Assembly: GCF_964204865.1 (NCBI RefSeq)
Contig: NC_135250.1
Span: 23,436,001-23,500,000 of the forward strand
Origin: Styela clava
Taxonomy: Eukaryota
Direction of reading: 5' to 3'
DNA: 64,000 nt
Below the pieces are notes generated by a model, which saw nothing but the letters and a program-made list of their open reading frames with translations, did no database searches and was not told the DNA's origin. The position numbers and the translations under genes were made by a program. Shown piece by piece: positions 11,540-22,757 of this stretch; positions within the stretch are counted from its first letter, which is position 1; each line of letters opens with the position of its first letter.

Positions 11540-11759
11540 GAAGTTTTATAATTTTGTACTGGACAGAATTATAGTTGTAAAAGTTTCTTTGAATTACTTA
11601 GTTTCTTTGTGAAATTCTGTACGTTGCTTGTATATTTGTTTTTGCAATATTTTATACCATTTGATTAGGAATGTTGGAATTCGGGTAATTGTGTTGTACA
11701 TTTATTTTTAATATTTGGTTCTTGAATTTGTACAATATTTCCAAAAAGGGGGGAAGGAG

Positions 11760-11977
11760 TGTTATATATTATGTTGAGCTTACTATCATAGCTTGTTTAC
11801 TACTCTATCTGCTTGTGTGCTATATTGTTACGTCACAATGCTGTCTAGTGCCGTAAGTTGTTTTTCCTCTGTTTAGAGGTCTTTTGTTCTGAACTAAGTT
11901 GACGGACGGATGTCCAAATAAATAGCGTGCAGTTTTGTAACGAGTCTGTATTCATTACTTGTTATAAAGATATAACA
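11760..11977 (+). repeat. 3' LTR
   Basis: Preceded by the PPT aaaaaggggggaaggag and followed by the TSD ATCGG. Confidence 0.95.
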
Positions 11978-12621
11978 ATCGGTACGCGTAATGTTGTGAA
12001 CTACTGCTTCGCTTGCTGTCCAAATAATCGTAGACTGCGGTATTTTACCGTTATGATACCGTAGTAACTCGAATTAGTTGGTATTTCAATTCACGTTGAA
12101 ACGGAATCGTCACAGAACCTGGAAAATCCGTGTACCTGTAACAGTGCCGATATGAAAGCCCAAACATCTCTTGAAAGCGGGTCTTACAGTCACAGTTATA
12201 ATCAATGTCTTTCAACATGGGGCACAATATCTCGAAAGCGGGGCCTACAGTCACAGTTAATATCTTTTAATAGGGGGGCTTTTTTGGAAATAGGTAAGTA
12301 AACTGTGCCGTACTGGGTACGGGTACTAGTAGGTCACGTTACCATAGCCATGTAGCTGTTTCACTGTTCACCTTCGTGTAGGATACTCTATGGTTTTCGG
12401 TGAAGGGATGATGAATTATCCTACGTGCCCATATATTTGAGCATAGCTTTCTTGTTTTAATCAATTGGTTTAATTTGGAATTCTAGAAACCATATTAAAG
12501 CCTAAATTATAATTATACTAAACGAACATATTTTATTCAACTTGTGCCGGTAGACTAAGCTTATTCAGATTCAGATATATTTATTTTTGTTGTGCAAAAC
12601 CAATATACGATATGGAATAAA

Positions 12622-12800
12622 TGAGAGAGAGAGAGACAGATTTTATTTCACAAATAATGTCAAAACTATGAAACATTTGTAGCAACAGAAACAAAACAAA
12701 ATGATCCAATAATAATTAGTTATCATTATTTGTGAGGGTCAGTAGCCTATATAAAACCGGTTAGGTCACCGAGGATCCTAATCCGTGATGTAGCCTATAT
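12622..12800 (-). mobile_element. 3' end fragment of a non-LTR retrotransposon, (TC)n tail
   Basis: Minus strand: T-rich UTR, AATAAA, then tctgtctctctctctc; same layout as the other LINE ends in the window. Confidence 0.4.
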
Positions 12801-13329
12801 AAGCGTAGTAGTATATATTTACGATATAAGAAATCAGTCAGATAAAGCATTAGCGATGAAAAACGGATAAAAATAAAATACATTTGTGCGAGTCGGCAAT
12901 TTATTATTCCAAAGTTAATAATGCAAGTCGTGGTGTGAATAGGTCACATTAAGTTTTGGGGTGCGGACAAGTCCAGAGAATCAGGACAAATATTAGTATT
13001 AGTTTTTCAATTATTTATTATAGTTTATGTAATCAATGACATTAAACAACATGATAGGCAACTCTGGCGTCACTCCACAAGACTACAGGCAAAACATTGT
13101 ATTTCATGATACGCTCCAATGCACATATTTCTCGTCGCCTTTCGCGTCCGTTTTCCGCTCGCTTTTGCTACTCGGCGTCTTTTTTACGTGTAGTACCTGC
13201 CTTTTTGCGCCTGTAACGAAACAAAATAATCTCTATATCTAAAAAGTTTTGCTTACTTGGAAAGCTGGAATAACAGGCAAGCTGTAAAGAGCAATTCTGG
13301 ACATCATAGACGTTTTTTTTTTATCAGAG

Positions 13330-13750
13330 AAGATTACAAACGCGATAGCGGAAAGATTTGTGTGGAACATTTTGCAGATAATGACAAAGTTAGTAATTTT
13401 TATGTTTGCGCTTAATCATTGAAATTTCATTTAAAGAGGGTGTCATACAAAACTGTGCTGCGATACAATTCCATAACACAAAGTTTGCATCTATCGAACT
13501 TGCTTTTGTAGGTGAATTTATTAGACATATTACATATTCAGTTAATCGTAGGTAACATTGCTGGTACATAATGCATCGTAGATAGGTTTGTTTAAATTTA
13601 GGAATTTAGCTCATAGCCCACTAATTAATATTATCTTCTATGCAGGAGGTTGCAGGGCTGAATTCAACTTGCAGCCTTACCGATCACCTGACGATGCTCA
13701 TTTAGTTTGGCTCAAGCAAGTCTTCTTGAAATGCTTGTGTGGATGGAAAC
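13330..13750 (+). pseudogene. P-element transposase relic
   Basis: 13341-13388 encodes RDSGKICVEHFADNDK (THAP C..HF motif) and ends at a GT donor. 13646-13750 encodes LQPYRSPDDAHLVWLKQVFLKCLCGWK, resembling the PY.S.DD.RL.WL...FL..L..W segment of invertebrate P/THAP9-type transposases (recognised from memory). Confidence 0.6.
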
Positions 13751-14317
13751 TACCCATATTTTTTGCCTTCCTCCGATTTTAGACAAATTTATTCTGAGGG
13801 ATTTTGCATATAATTCTCACTGATTGTTGGCTGTTTATAATTCCTATTGATTGTGAATTCTGATTATAACAATGAGTTGAAAATTTTTTTACCTAATTTA
13901 CTGGCACCTTTTTCTTGTCAATACTCCAAGCTGAGGTAATAAACATGACAATACATTTATGTCATCTGGAAGCAAAATATGCACACTAATTAATAGTTTG
14001 GCACATTGAGATAATACATCATGACAGAAAATACAAGTTAAAGATATGTATGACCATCACATGGTAATTAAAATTTAAAAAAATTAATAGGGGCTGTGGA
14101 GTATGGAAAGTTCAAGACAAAGAAAAGAACAAATGTTCATAGCTCATGAACTCTCAATTTTGCCTCCATTGCTTTGTGAAGGCCAATATATTTCGAGTGG
14201 CTGAATTGGTTTACCTTTATGATAGCAACGATTTTGTATTTAATATAGCGAGATTATTTCAATTTAATTGAAGTGATATAATTTCCCAAAGCAATGCTTG
14301 AATCGTCTAGAATAGAT

Positions 14318-15496
14318 CAGTGGTGTCAAACTCATGGGTTTTCGAGAGCCGCATTGCATTTTGAAAATTGTAAAAAGAGCCGCAAACAGTTTTTGATAAT
14401 GTATACTTAAAAGATATTTTTAAGATAGTTTTAGTTTGTGACATATATTGTGATGCAACTAAACAGTTGGATTAAGTTTTATTATTTTCTTCAATTTCAA
14501 ATGCAATTACATATTAATATTTGCATTCCACTATTATTGCAACATTTGCAAGTTACAGTATTTATTATAGAAAATCGTAAAATTCTATGTACAACCATCA
14601 AAATCATTTTTGAACAAGCTTTGAATAAGGAAAGAATAATACATACACTAAAAATAACTTAATCTAAATATATGAACCTAAAATTAACAAAAATACTACA
14701 GTATAAACTCAATGTTTTAATAATTACATTTGTCCTGGCGTTTGGCATCTTTTTTGTGTCACCAGCATACTAAGGCCAGTCTGAAATGATTTTATAGTAC
14801 CAACTCTAACTAACGAGGCCACATGATCATGGGTTTATCTGGATCTTTACGAATGTTTAATTAATTCCAGTAATGCAAAAAAGTTACTTTTATCATTTCA
14901 TGTATAGATCAGTAAAAAAACAAATGACAGATTTTTTTCGACAAGACATTTCGCACTACATTGCGTGGCATAGGATTGCTTGAATTATTATTGATATTGA
15001 TTTTTAGTAACTAAGTCGTTGTATAATTATATTAATATACAAACACATGGAAATTTTCTATTCGAAGTTGGTCTTCGAATTTGTCATATTGACTGCTGAG
15101 CTTATTGTGTTTTTTGATTGTATTGACGGAAATATGACAAATTAAACAATGTGCTTCAGAATTTTGTGAAGAGCAGAAATGTTACAACTCCCATTTTCTT
15201 CGAAAATGCCACCTTCTTCTTGTACTTTGCGTTTAATTTAATTACTCAAGTGTTTTATTCAAGTATTCTTTTGCTAGCTTGATGTGTATTCTTAATTGGG
15301 TCAAAATGTGGACAAAAAAATTAATATTCCAAAACTACTTTCAGTAAATTGTTTTCTGTGTGAATAATCAATTTCACTTTAGAAAGTTTGAAAAATCTAT
15401 TACATTTAGATAAAAAAAAAAAACTTCAAAAATACTATTACAATTATTGTTAAGCGTTCGAGGGCCGCACTGGAAGCCGCGAGTTTGAGATCCCTG
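14318..15496 (-). mobile_element. hAT (Buster/Charlie-like) deletion derivative nested in the P element
   Basis: Ends cagtggtgtcaaactc / gagtttgagatccctg; flanks gaatagat/gtctagat (NTCTAGAN-type target); minus-strand relic RSR*THDHVASLVRVGT...KRCQ resembles a Buster transposase C-terminus. Confidence 0.65.
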
Positions 15497-15774
15497 GTCT
15501 AGATTGAAGTTGTTCAAAAAATATATGATAGTATTTTATCATGAATGATGATTATACCTCTTCCGGAATTTCTTCTATAGTACTACCAAAAGTTGATGAA
15601 CCAAATATAACACAGGTGCAGTGAGGTACCCGTAATCCTCATTTCCAAAGCTGTTTTAAGTATGTCTGGCGTGTTTTGTGCCTTTTTACAAATAAGACCG
15701 CTTATGCAATCTTACGCTTTGGAATTTTTAGTTATTTTCCTCAAGCCCTGCAGGATGTGGGGGCCATACACAAC

Positions 15775-16730
15775 TCTACCGAAGGGTCAAATGTCTTTGC
15801 ATGCCTCCATAGGTTGTTTTTCTATTGCAATTTTCTATTTTCAATTGCATTATATTTCTTGGAATCACACTGTCACTGATATGTCGCCAGACTTCTGATA
15901 TCTCCCCGTCTGCTATAGTTGTCCTGTGAATAAATAATAGGAAATTGAGATTAGACGAATAGTTGAAAGTTTTGCTTTATGTCGGCTTAATTTCTTGATT
16001 GATATACTTACTATTTCTGCTATTGCCTCTTGTGCTGCAAGAGTCTCACAATGCTTAGACAGGTTTGTCCACAACTTTCACATCTGAAGAAAGAGAGGAG
16101 ATTTATTAATTTTCGTTAAGAATAAATAAAGCAGTCTATATGATTCAGAATGGAAAAGCTAATAAATCCAATATCTCATGTTTTATTTAAAAAATATTTT
16201 ACTGAATTTGGTATATAAACCAACTAATAAAAGGGTTTAGTCAGAAAATTACAAGCATTCGTGGCTCCAAATACTTGAGAAATCAGACTATGCAATATAG
16301 ACCGGTATGAGTGAAATGTTAGGTGAACTTGTTAACACTTTGATTCAATACGCAAATAAAAGTGAATGCGTAATAGTATGTTACAATGAGCAGCAATCAA
16401 CAATGAGTATATATCCTCACTGATTAAAAAAATCTAACTGGAGGTGCATGAACTATTTGAAACCATAAGGGGTAAGTAAATATGTAATTTCGGCAAATGG
16501 GCAACTACGTACCGTACTGAATTAATAACTTCGTAGTATTTGACAAAGGCTGGCTTTCCCACATGTACTTAACAGTGCGATGCCCGGGTGTGATATACAA
16601 CAATAGTATTCACCTTACCTTTTACCGATTTCTTTTTACCCCAACTTTCAAAAATATCATTAAAATCGACAACAACTGTCAAAGCAGACACGAACACCAT
16701 TCGTGCTACGCCTTGAAAGCAGCACACATC
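15775..16730 (-). pseudogene. Second, convergent spliced gene of the P element (C2H2 zinc-finger relic)
   Basis: Exons ~16730-16619 (AAG|gtaagg), 16083-16012 (ttcttcag|...|gtaagt; CESCGQTCLSIVRLLQHKRQ*Q) and 15923-~15775 (ttcacag|; ~49 open codons). In-frame stops are present. Confidence 0.45.
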
Positions 16731-17045
16731 CGCTCGTTTTCGTCTCGTCAAGTATGTGCATTGGAGCGTGCTATCGAATACGATCTTCGGACAAAAATGC
16801 CGGAGTTGCGCATCATGTTGTTTAATGTCATTGATGTAATTAAATATTCACTAGACATGTACCCGATTCAAATACATGGAAAAATAAAAATAATAATAAT
16901 GCAATCAGATTATCACAGACTCAGCAATAATTAAAAAAATAGAAATATCTTTAACAATGGCTATTTATTATTATTATTCGCTATTTGATTAAGATCTTGT
17001 AAAATAAAAATATTATAAGTTAACTTATAACTCAAGAACTGAACA

Positions 17046-18044
17046 ATGGATGCACCAAAACCTCCATCAAGAGAAAAAACATCTAGCAAAACCAAGAATA
17101 CATCTGTAAAATCACCAAAAACTAAGCAACATCAGAGTGAAGAACGGGTTGAAGAGCATGTACCAGGTTCCAGGACTGATTCCCCACAATACAACGAAAT
17201 TGTGAGTGGGATATTACCTGTCATCACAAGAAATATCATAAATGCTATAACACTTCAACTCCCAGCAATGATAGGCCAATGTCTTGAGGAAAATCTTGAA
17301 CACTCAGACAACTCAGACATTCTCACTCCTATTACACCCAACATCCAAGAGATACTTAATGATCTGAGCCTATCCATGAGGGACATCAGAGCTGAACTAT
17401 CCGATATAAAAGAAAGCCAAACATTTCACACCAAAATGTACGATGATTTGGCTGAAAAGAATAAGATCTTGGAAAAACGAACAACTGAAAACAAAAGAAC
17501 AATTGAAAGTCTTCTAAACAGAATTTATGACCTAGAAGATGATTTATATTATGTGTCAGAAAAACTAGAGGATCAAGAGAGGAGAGGACGCCTGGAGAAC
17601 CTTGAGTTTCATGGTATACCTGTTGAACAAAATGAGGACACTGATGAAATTGTTTGCAACATCGCAAAGTTGGTTGGTGTCAACATCCAAGCCAGCGATA
17701 TTTCAGTGTCCCATAGAATGCCAACAGGAGGGGAAGGAACAAGAACTCCAGCTATAATTGCTAAATTTATTCATCGCAAGAACAAAATTAAAATCTTCGA
17801 AAAACGAAAAGTTCTCCGCTCAGTAAGATCAAGTTCACATTTTTGTCAACCATCAAAAATTTTCATCGCAGAGAATTTAACAGCTCTTAATAAAGACTTA
17901 TACTTCAGAGCAAGAACTGCAAAAAATAATTGTGGTTATAAATTTATCTGGACATCGAATGGAAGAGTATACGTAAAAAAGAACGCTGACATCAAAAACT
18001 CTTTAAATATTCGATGTGATGAAGACCTCTCTAAAATCCAATAA
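17046..18044 (+). CDS. LINE ORF1p (coiled coil + RRM + CTD; transposase-22/FP25K-like)
   Basis: Heptad-rich region, then RGRLENLEFHGIP...DISVSHRMP...PAIIAKF...IFIAENLT...GYKFIWTSNGRVYVKK. Confidence 0.88.
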   Translation: MDAPKPPSREKTSSKTKNTSVKSPKTKQHQSEERVEEHVPGSRTDSPQYNEIVSGILPVITRNIINAITLQLPAMIGQCLEENLEHSDNSDILTPITPNIQEILNDLSLSMRDIRAELSDIKESQTFHTKMYDDLAEKNKILEKRTTENKRTIESLLNRIYDLEDDLYYVSEKLEDQERRGRLENLEFHGIPVEQNEDTDEIVCNIAKLVGVNIQASDISVSHRMPTGGEGTRTPAIIAKFIHRKNKIKIFEKRKVLRSVRSSSHFCQPSKIFIAENLTALNKDLYFRARTAKNNCGYKFIWTSNGRVYVKKNADIKNSLNIRCDEDLSKIQ

Positions 18045-18283
18045 TTAATGTGAGTGTGATTCTATATATTTACAACTAGTTAATTTATACTGAACTAGCG
18101 TATTATACATGTGAAAATTTACTGGCATCATGCCAACCAATAGGATCATGCTCTAACCTAGCAATACCCCATCAGTTGCCTGATCAGACGTATTGTGCAC
18201 TTGCACATAACTCAAAAATCTTGTATGAAATAACTAAGTGTGTGTGCGAAAATATAGAAGTGTCAAATTTAAGAACAACTAGT

Positions 18284-21178
18284 ATGTCTTTTCAAAAAAA
18301 CTGTATTATTGCATTTCATATGAATATTCGGTCTCTCCAAAAAAACCATGATTCTCTAGTGAATTTACTATCTGAATTTATTACCCCCCCTCATCTCATT
18401 GCAATCTCAGAAACGAGACTTGGTGTAACCCCAATTTTAAACATCAGTCTACCTAATTATGAATTCATTCATAAACCGTCCAAAACGAGTGCCGGGGGAG
18501 TGGGACTCTACGTAAAGCAAGGTTTTGCCGTCACTGAGACTTGTGAATATAATTTAAACCACCCAGACTGTGAAGAATTGTGGATAGATCTTAAAATTAA
18601 TTCAAATGTCACATTTACGATTGGAGTAATTTATAAACATCCCAGAAAAGATATTCCCAAATTTACCGAAAAATTATCAATCACTTTAGAAAAATTAAAT
18701 ATAGAAAAGAAACTATTCATCATATTAGGAGATTTAAATATAAATTTATTAGGTCCAACAACAGATTTGGCCACCATGAAGTATATTGATATGCTGTTAG
18801 CTAATTTGTCATTGCCTTTGATTACATCACCAACAAGAGTAACTCGTTCATCTAGTACACTAATTGATAATATCTTCACAAATGCAATAAAATATAACTT
18901 GGCAAGCTTTATTATTCTTAGTGACATCAGTGACCATTATCCACAATTCTGCACAGTCTCTTTTCCAAATTACCAGGGGGGTCAAGATCGAGATCATATA
19001 TTTAAACGAAATATGAAAAATTTTTCTGTTGACACGTATAGATCTAATCTAGAATCATCCCTGAGTCCTATCACAAATTGTCAAATCACATGTGATAACT
19101 TAAACACTTTATTTGAAATATTCACAGAAACAATTCAAACAACTATTGATGCACACGCACCCATGAAACCATTAAGTCGGCGCGAATCGAAACTTCTAGC
19201 CAAACCGTGGCTCACGAAAGGTATTCATGTCTCCATTAGGAAAAAACGTAAAATGTATAAAACGCACTTTAAAAATGGTAGCAATACCCAACATAATTTA
19301 TACAAAGTTTATAACAATTTACTTAAAATCGTAATAAGTAACGCAAAAAAATCGTATTACTTCGGAAAATTCAAACACATTTGTGGTGACATCAAATCCA
19401 CCTGGAAATTGATTGGTCATTTAGCTAATATCAGACAAGAAAAAAAATGTTCAATCAAAGAGCTAAAAATTGACAATGGAACTAAAGTATGTGATCCAAT
19501 TTGTATTGCCAATTACCTTAATAATTATTTCACCACCATAGGCCCAAAACTGTCTGAAAATATTCCCCATTCTAATGATTCTTTTTTGAATAATCTCAAG
19601 AATCCAGTGAAAGATTCCTTGTTTCTTAGACCAACGACAATCAATGAAGTATTTACCACCATAGCAAGTCTTCCTGATGGCAAAGCAGTGGGGTATGACA
19701 ATATACCTGCCAAATTTTTAAAATACGCTGCTGATATAGTGTCTCCCATGCTGTGTAAGTTGTTTAATGCCTCCCTAGACCATGGTATTTTTCCCAATTG
19801 TTTGAAAATTGCTAAAGTCACACCAGTGTTCAAAGCTGGAGACAAAGAATGTGCAACCAACTATCGCCCCATTTCAGTTCTTTCGACTATGACCATAACA
19901 TTCGAAAAACTTTTGCATACCAGACTAACACAATTTATAGATCGAAATAGCATTATTAATAAGTCACAGTTTGGTTTCCAAAAGAAGCACTCTACTAATC
20001 ATGCAATACTAGATATGGTAACTTACTTTTATGATAAATTAGAGAAAAGGGAATATATCAGTGCAATATTTCTCGACCTAAAAAAGGCATTCGACACTGT
20101 CGACCATCACATATTAGTTAGAAAGCTGAGCCACTATGGCATTCGCGGTCATGCATCAAAATTCTTCCAGAGCTATTTATATTCGCGTCAACAATATGTC
20201 AAAATAGGATCAAATTGCTCCGAACTTGCAACTGTACAATGCGGAATTCCCCAGGGCACAATAATTGGCCCATTAATGTTCGTATTATTCGTCAACGATC
20301 TTCCTCATGCCACCAGATTATTGGTCAAACTCTTCGCTGACGATACCGGGTTATTTGGAAGTTCAGTCTCGCCAAATGACTTGCAAATACACATGAACTC
20401 TGAAATGCAAAAAATTGCAACGTGGATGACTAGTAACAAACTAACTATAAATATTGAAAAATCCAAATCACTTCTAATTAATCCCAAAAAAAATGAAAGA
20501 AGTGTGCATTTGATTAAAATTACTATTAATGGTATATTACTTGAGAATGTGAACTCATACAAATACTTGGGTATACACATTGATAACCAGTTAAAATGGG
20601 CAGCTCATATTAACTACATTGCTGGCAAGCTTGCTAGAACAGCAGGTATATTATTCAAACTTAAAAAGTTTCTCACCCCATCAGCTATGCGATTAGTTTA
20701 TTTTTCTCTCTTTCAATCATATCTTCAATATGGTATCGTAGCTTGGGGAAACGCATCTTCCACACTCCTTCACAGATTAGAGGTACTGCAAAATAAATCA
20801 ATCAGAGCAATAGGCAATGCACCTTTACGATCCAGACTTGACCCATTGTATCACAGGTTAAAAATAATGAAACTTTGCCATGTCCATAAATTTGAGATAT
20901 TGAAACTTATGCACCAGTACTTTGACGGCAAACTTCCAACCGCATTCGTAGGATATTTCACCAAGCAGACTAATGTTCATTCGTATTACACAAGATCTGC
21001 TTCACAAGCTTCCTTTCATGTACCGAGATACACGTCATGTAGAACGCAGAATTCCATCAAATACGTGGGTGTAAAGTTATGGAATAATATATCAGGTGAA
21101 ATGAGATCACTATCCTATCATGGTTTTAAAAGGGAACTAAAAAAGAAATACATTGATGACTACCTTTATTTGAATTGA
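18284..21178 (+). CDS. LINE ORF2p: apurinic-like endonuclease + reverse transcriptase
   Basis: First ATG at 18284 (frame open from 18176). EN motifs HMNIRSL, ISETR, GDLNIN, LIDNIF, SDHYP; RT motifs NYRPISVL, FLDLKKAFDTVDH, GIPQG, LFADDT, YKYLG. Confidence 0.93.
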   Translation: MSFQKNCIIAFHMNIRSLQKNHDSLVNLLSEFITPPHLIAISETRLGVTPILNISLPNYEFIHKPSKTSAGGVGLYVKQGFAVTETCEYNLNHPDCEELWIDLKINSNVTFTIGVIYKHPRKDIPKFTEKLSITLEKLNIEKKLFIILGDLNINLLGPTTDLATMKYIDMLLANLSLPLITSPTRVTRSSSTLIDNIFTNAIKYNLASFIILSDISDHYPQFCTVSFPNYQGGQDRDHIFKRNMKNFSVDTYRSNLESSLSPITNCQITCDNLNTLFEIFTETIQTTIDAHAPMKPLSRRESKLLAKPWLTKGIHVSIRKKRKMYKTHFKNGSNTQHNLYKVYNNLLKIVISNAKKSYYFGKFKHICGDIKSTWKLIGHLANIRQEKKCSIKELKIDNGTKVCDPICIANYLNNYFTTIGPKLSENIPHSNDSFLNNLKNPVKDSLFLRPTTINEVFTTIASLPDGKAVGYDNIPAKFLKYAADIVSPMLCKLFNASLDHGIFPNCLKIAKVTPVFKAGDKECATNYRPISVLSTMTITFEKLLHTRLTQFIDRNSIINKSQFGFQKKHSTNHAILDMVTYFYDKLEKREYISAIFLDLKKAFDTVDHHILVRKLSHYGIRGHASKFFQSYLYSRQQYVKIGSNCSELATVQCGIPQGTIIGPLMFVLFVNDLPHATRLLVKLFADDTGLFGSSVSPNDLQIHMNSEMQKIATWMTSNKLTINIEKSKSLLINPKKNERSVHLIKITINGILLENVNSYKYLGIHIDNQLKWAAHINYIAGKLARTAGILFKLKKFLTPSAMRLVYFSLFQSYLQYGIVAWGNASSTLLHRLEVLQNKSIRAIGNAPLRSRLDPLYHRLKIMKLCHVHKFEILKLMHQYFDGKLPTAFVGYFTKQTNVHSYYTRSASQASFHVPRYTSCRTQNSIKYVGVKLWNNISGEMRSLSYHGFKRELKKKYIDDYLYLN

Positions 21179-22599
21179 TCACCAAAAAATCACCTACCGG
21201 TACCTATACGGTACTTTGCAACTGACCCGAGTACTTGATTAAGTCTATATTATTAAGCCATGTCATCGGCTTACCTGTCCGCTGGGTTAAATATTCGAAT
21301 CCTGCCTGTCCCTTTACTCTGTCGCAGCCAAATTGACTATAAAGTGTTATAGTCACTTTGGTCGCAACGTATTAATAACGTACGGTTATTCTACTCTGCC
21401 AAACAAAGCGCAGCTCTGCGAACGAATCAGATGTGCGTGGAGTCGTAATTTTTGAAAACCAAATTTTGGTTAAAGACATTGCGTACATCATGTCAGGGGA
21501 TACTGAAAGATTCTGTCTAAAGGGAATTATAGTTAATCGTTATATTTTTTTTACTCCACATCGATATATAACATATTTTATGTCTTTTCGTGCAACCGTT
21601 TAATTCATGCAGTGCATTTCATCTTTTATGAATTTGGCCACTGATTTAAATAATAAAAAAACATGCTCGTAACCAGGATGTTATGTTTTTTTTTTATTTT
21701 AAATACTTATGATGGATATTTGGTATTTTTTGAAAATGTTCTTTTTTTCTTCAAAATACTTATTTTGAAATGTTTTGGTGTTTCATTAACTTTTTAAGTT
21801 ATTAACCTGAATCAACAAGCGTTTTAGGTGTCGCTGCCTGAAGACCTCTTGAGGTCCCTCGCGACTCCTGTCACACAATTTAAGTTAGTTTCCACTTGTA
21901 TTTGTAATATTTTTTCATATATCTTACCATGTTTAAATTGTGTTGACGAATAAATGATGATTGATTGATTGATTGCCTTAAAGTTGAACAATAATAATCA
22001 TTACATTGATGACAGAGCGATAAATGGTGTAAAAAAAGAAAGAGAAAAGAACAGCAACTTTCAATTATACAAAAGTTGAAAAAAAGGCCTATGACCTTCA
22101 ATATGCAGTGTTTATATGAGACAGTTAAATTTATAATAGTATTGTAATACAGTTTTCACAACACGAGGAACACTCAAGATATATATCAAAAGAAATAATC
22201 AATCAAGATATTAGGACAAATTCGAATATTCCAGTAGGAAATACTTTTTCAGTTTCTTACTAAAAACACGCACAGAATTTGTTTTTTTTGGTTTCAGGTG
22301 GAATATTACTTAAAAGATATTTTTGTTCACCTCAGTTGACACCTGTGGCCTAAAAAAATATTGTTTATTTGGGACCTGGTGCAGTAATGCACTTTTTTTA
22401 ATGGGGTGAAATACTGTTTAAAGACAGGGGCAAGGTCATTTTCATGTCAATGCACAAACTTTGCAATTTAGCGTATGTATATCAGACAGCTGTAGGAGTT
22501 AATACTGTTGGTTAAGTTACAAATTAGATAGGCCTACACGAATTTTCTCTGCAAATGTCATGCATCGTAGAACTTTATGTTGCACAACTCGGATTGGCT

Positions 22600-22757
22600 G
22601 TATCCTCCACCATCAAGTCCATGCTTCCGAAAACAAATAACTAACTAATCCCATATCCGACATGGGCTGGTAACCGGACGAGAGGCCGTGGTCCGTCATA
22701 TGATTAAGCCGTCTTATCGGCTTTCCTTCTACCCGGGATAAATATGTAAATCCTATG
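22600..22757 (+). mobile_element. 5'-truncated copy of the tRNA-SINE
   Basis: cctccaccatcaagtccatgcttccgaaa...ggataaatatgtaaatcctat matches ~5997-6160. Further fragments at ~33193-33282, ~38245-38325 and ~41775-42010. Confidence 0.8.

Larger units (their letters stand above)
6955..11977 (+). mobile_element. Ty3/Gypsy LTR retrotransposon (Mag-like), full length, very recent
   Basis: 218-bp TG...CA LTRs (6955-7172, 11760-11977) with one visible mismatch; 5-bp TSD ATCGG (6950-6954, 11978-11982); PBS at 7176; polypurine tract at 11743-11759; single gag-pol ORF. Confidence 0.97.
13034..16833. mobile_element. P-superfamily DNA transposon, internally deleted and degenerate
   Basis: 35-bp TIRs CAATGACATTAAACAACATGAT... 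(13034-13068, 16799-16833; first 22 bp perfect, 3 mismatches in total); 7-bp TSD ATGTAAT (13027-13033, 16834-16840); 17-bp subterminal inverted repeat ACGCTCCAATGCACATA (13111-13127, 16753-16769); THAP-like and P-transposase-like peptide relics. Confidence 0.8.
17046..21975 (+). mobile_element. Non-LTR retrotransposon of the CR1/L2 group (Crack/Daphne-like), two intact ORFs
   Basis: ORF1 plus APE-RT ORF2, ~800-bp 3' UTR with terminal stem-loop, AATAAA and (GATT)n tail. No TSD found and the 5' boundary is uncertain. Confidence 0.9.

Noticed and set aside
18631-20580. Antisense ORFs within LINE ORF2 (and similar ones within gag-pol and the PARP exons)
   Set aside because: Shadow ORFs of real coding sequence with no independent motifs.
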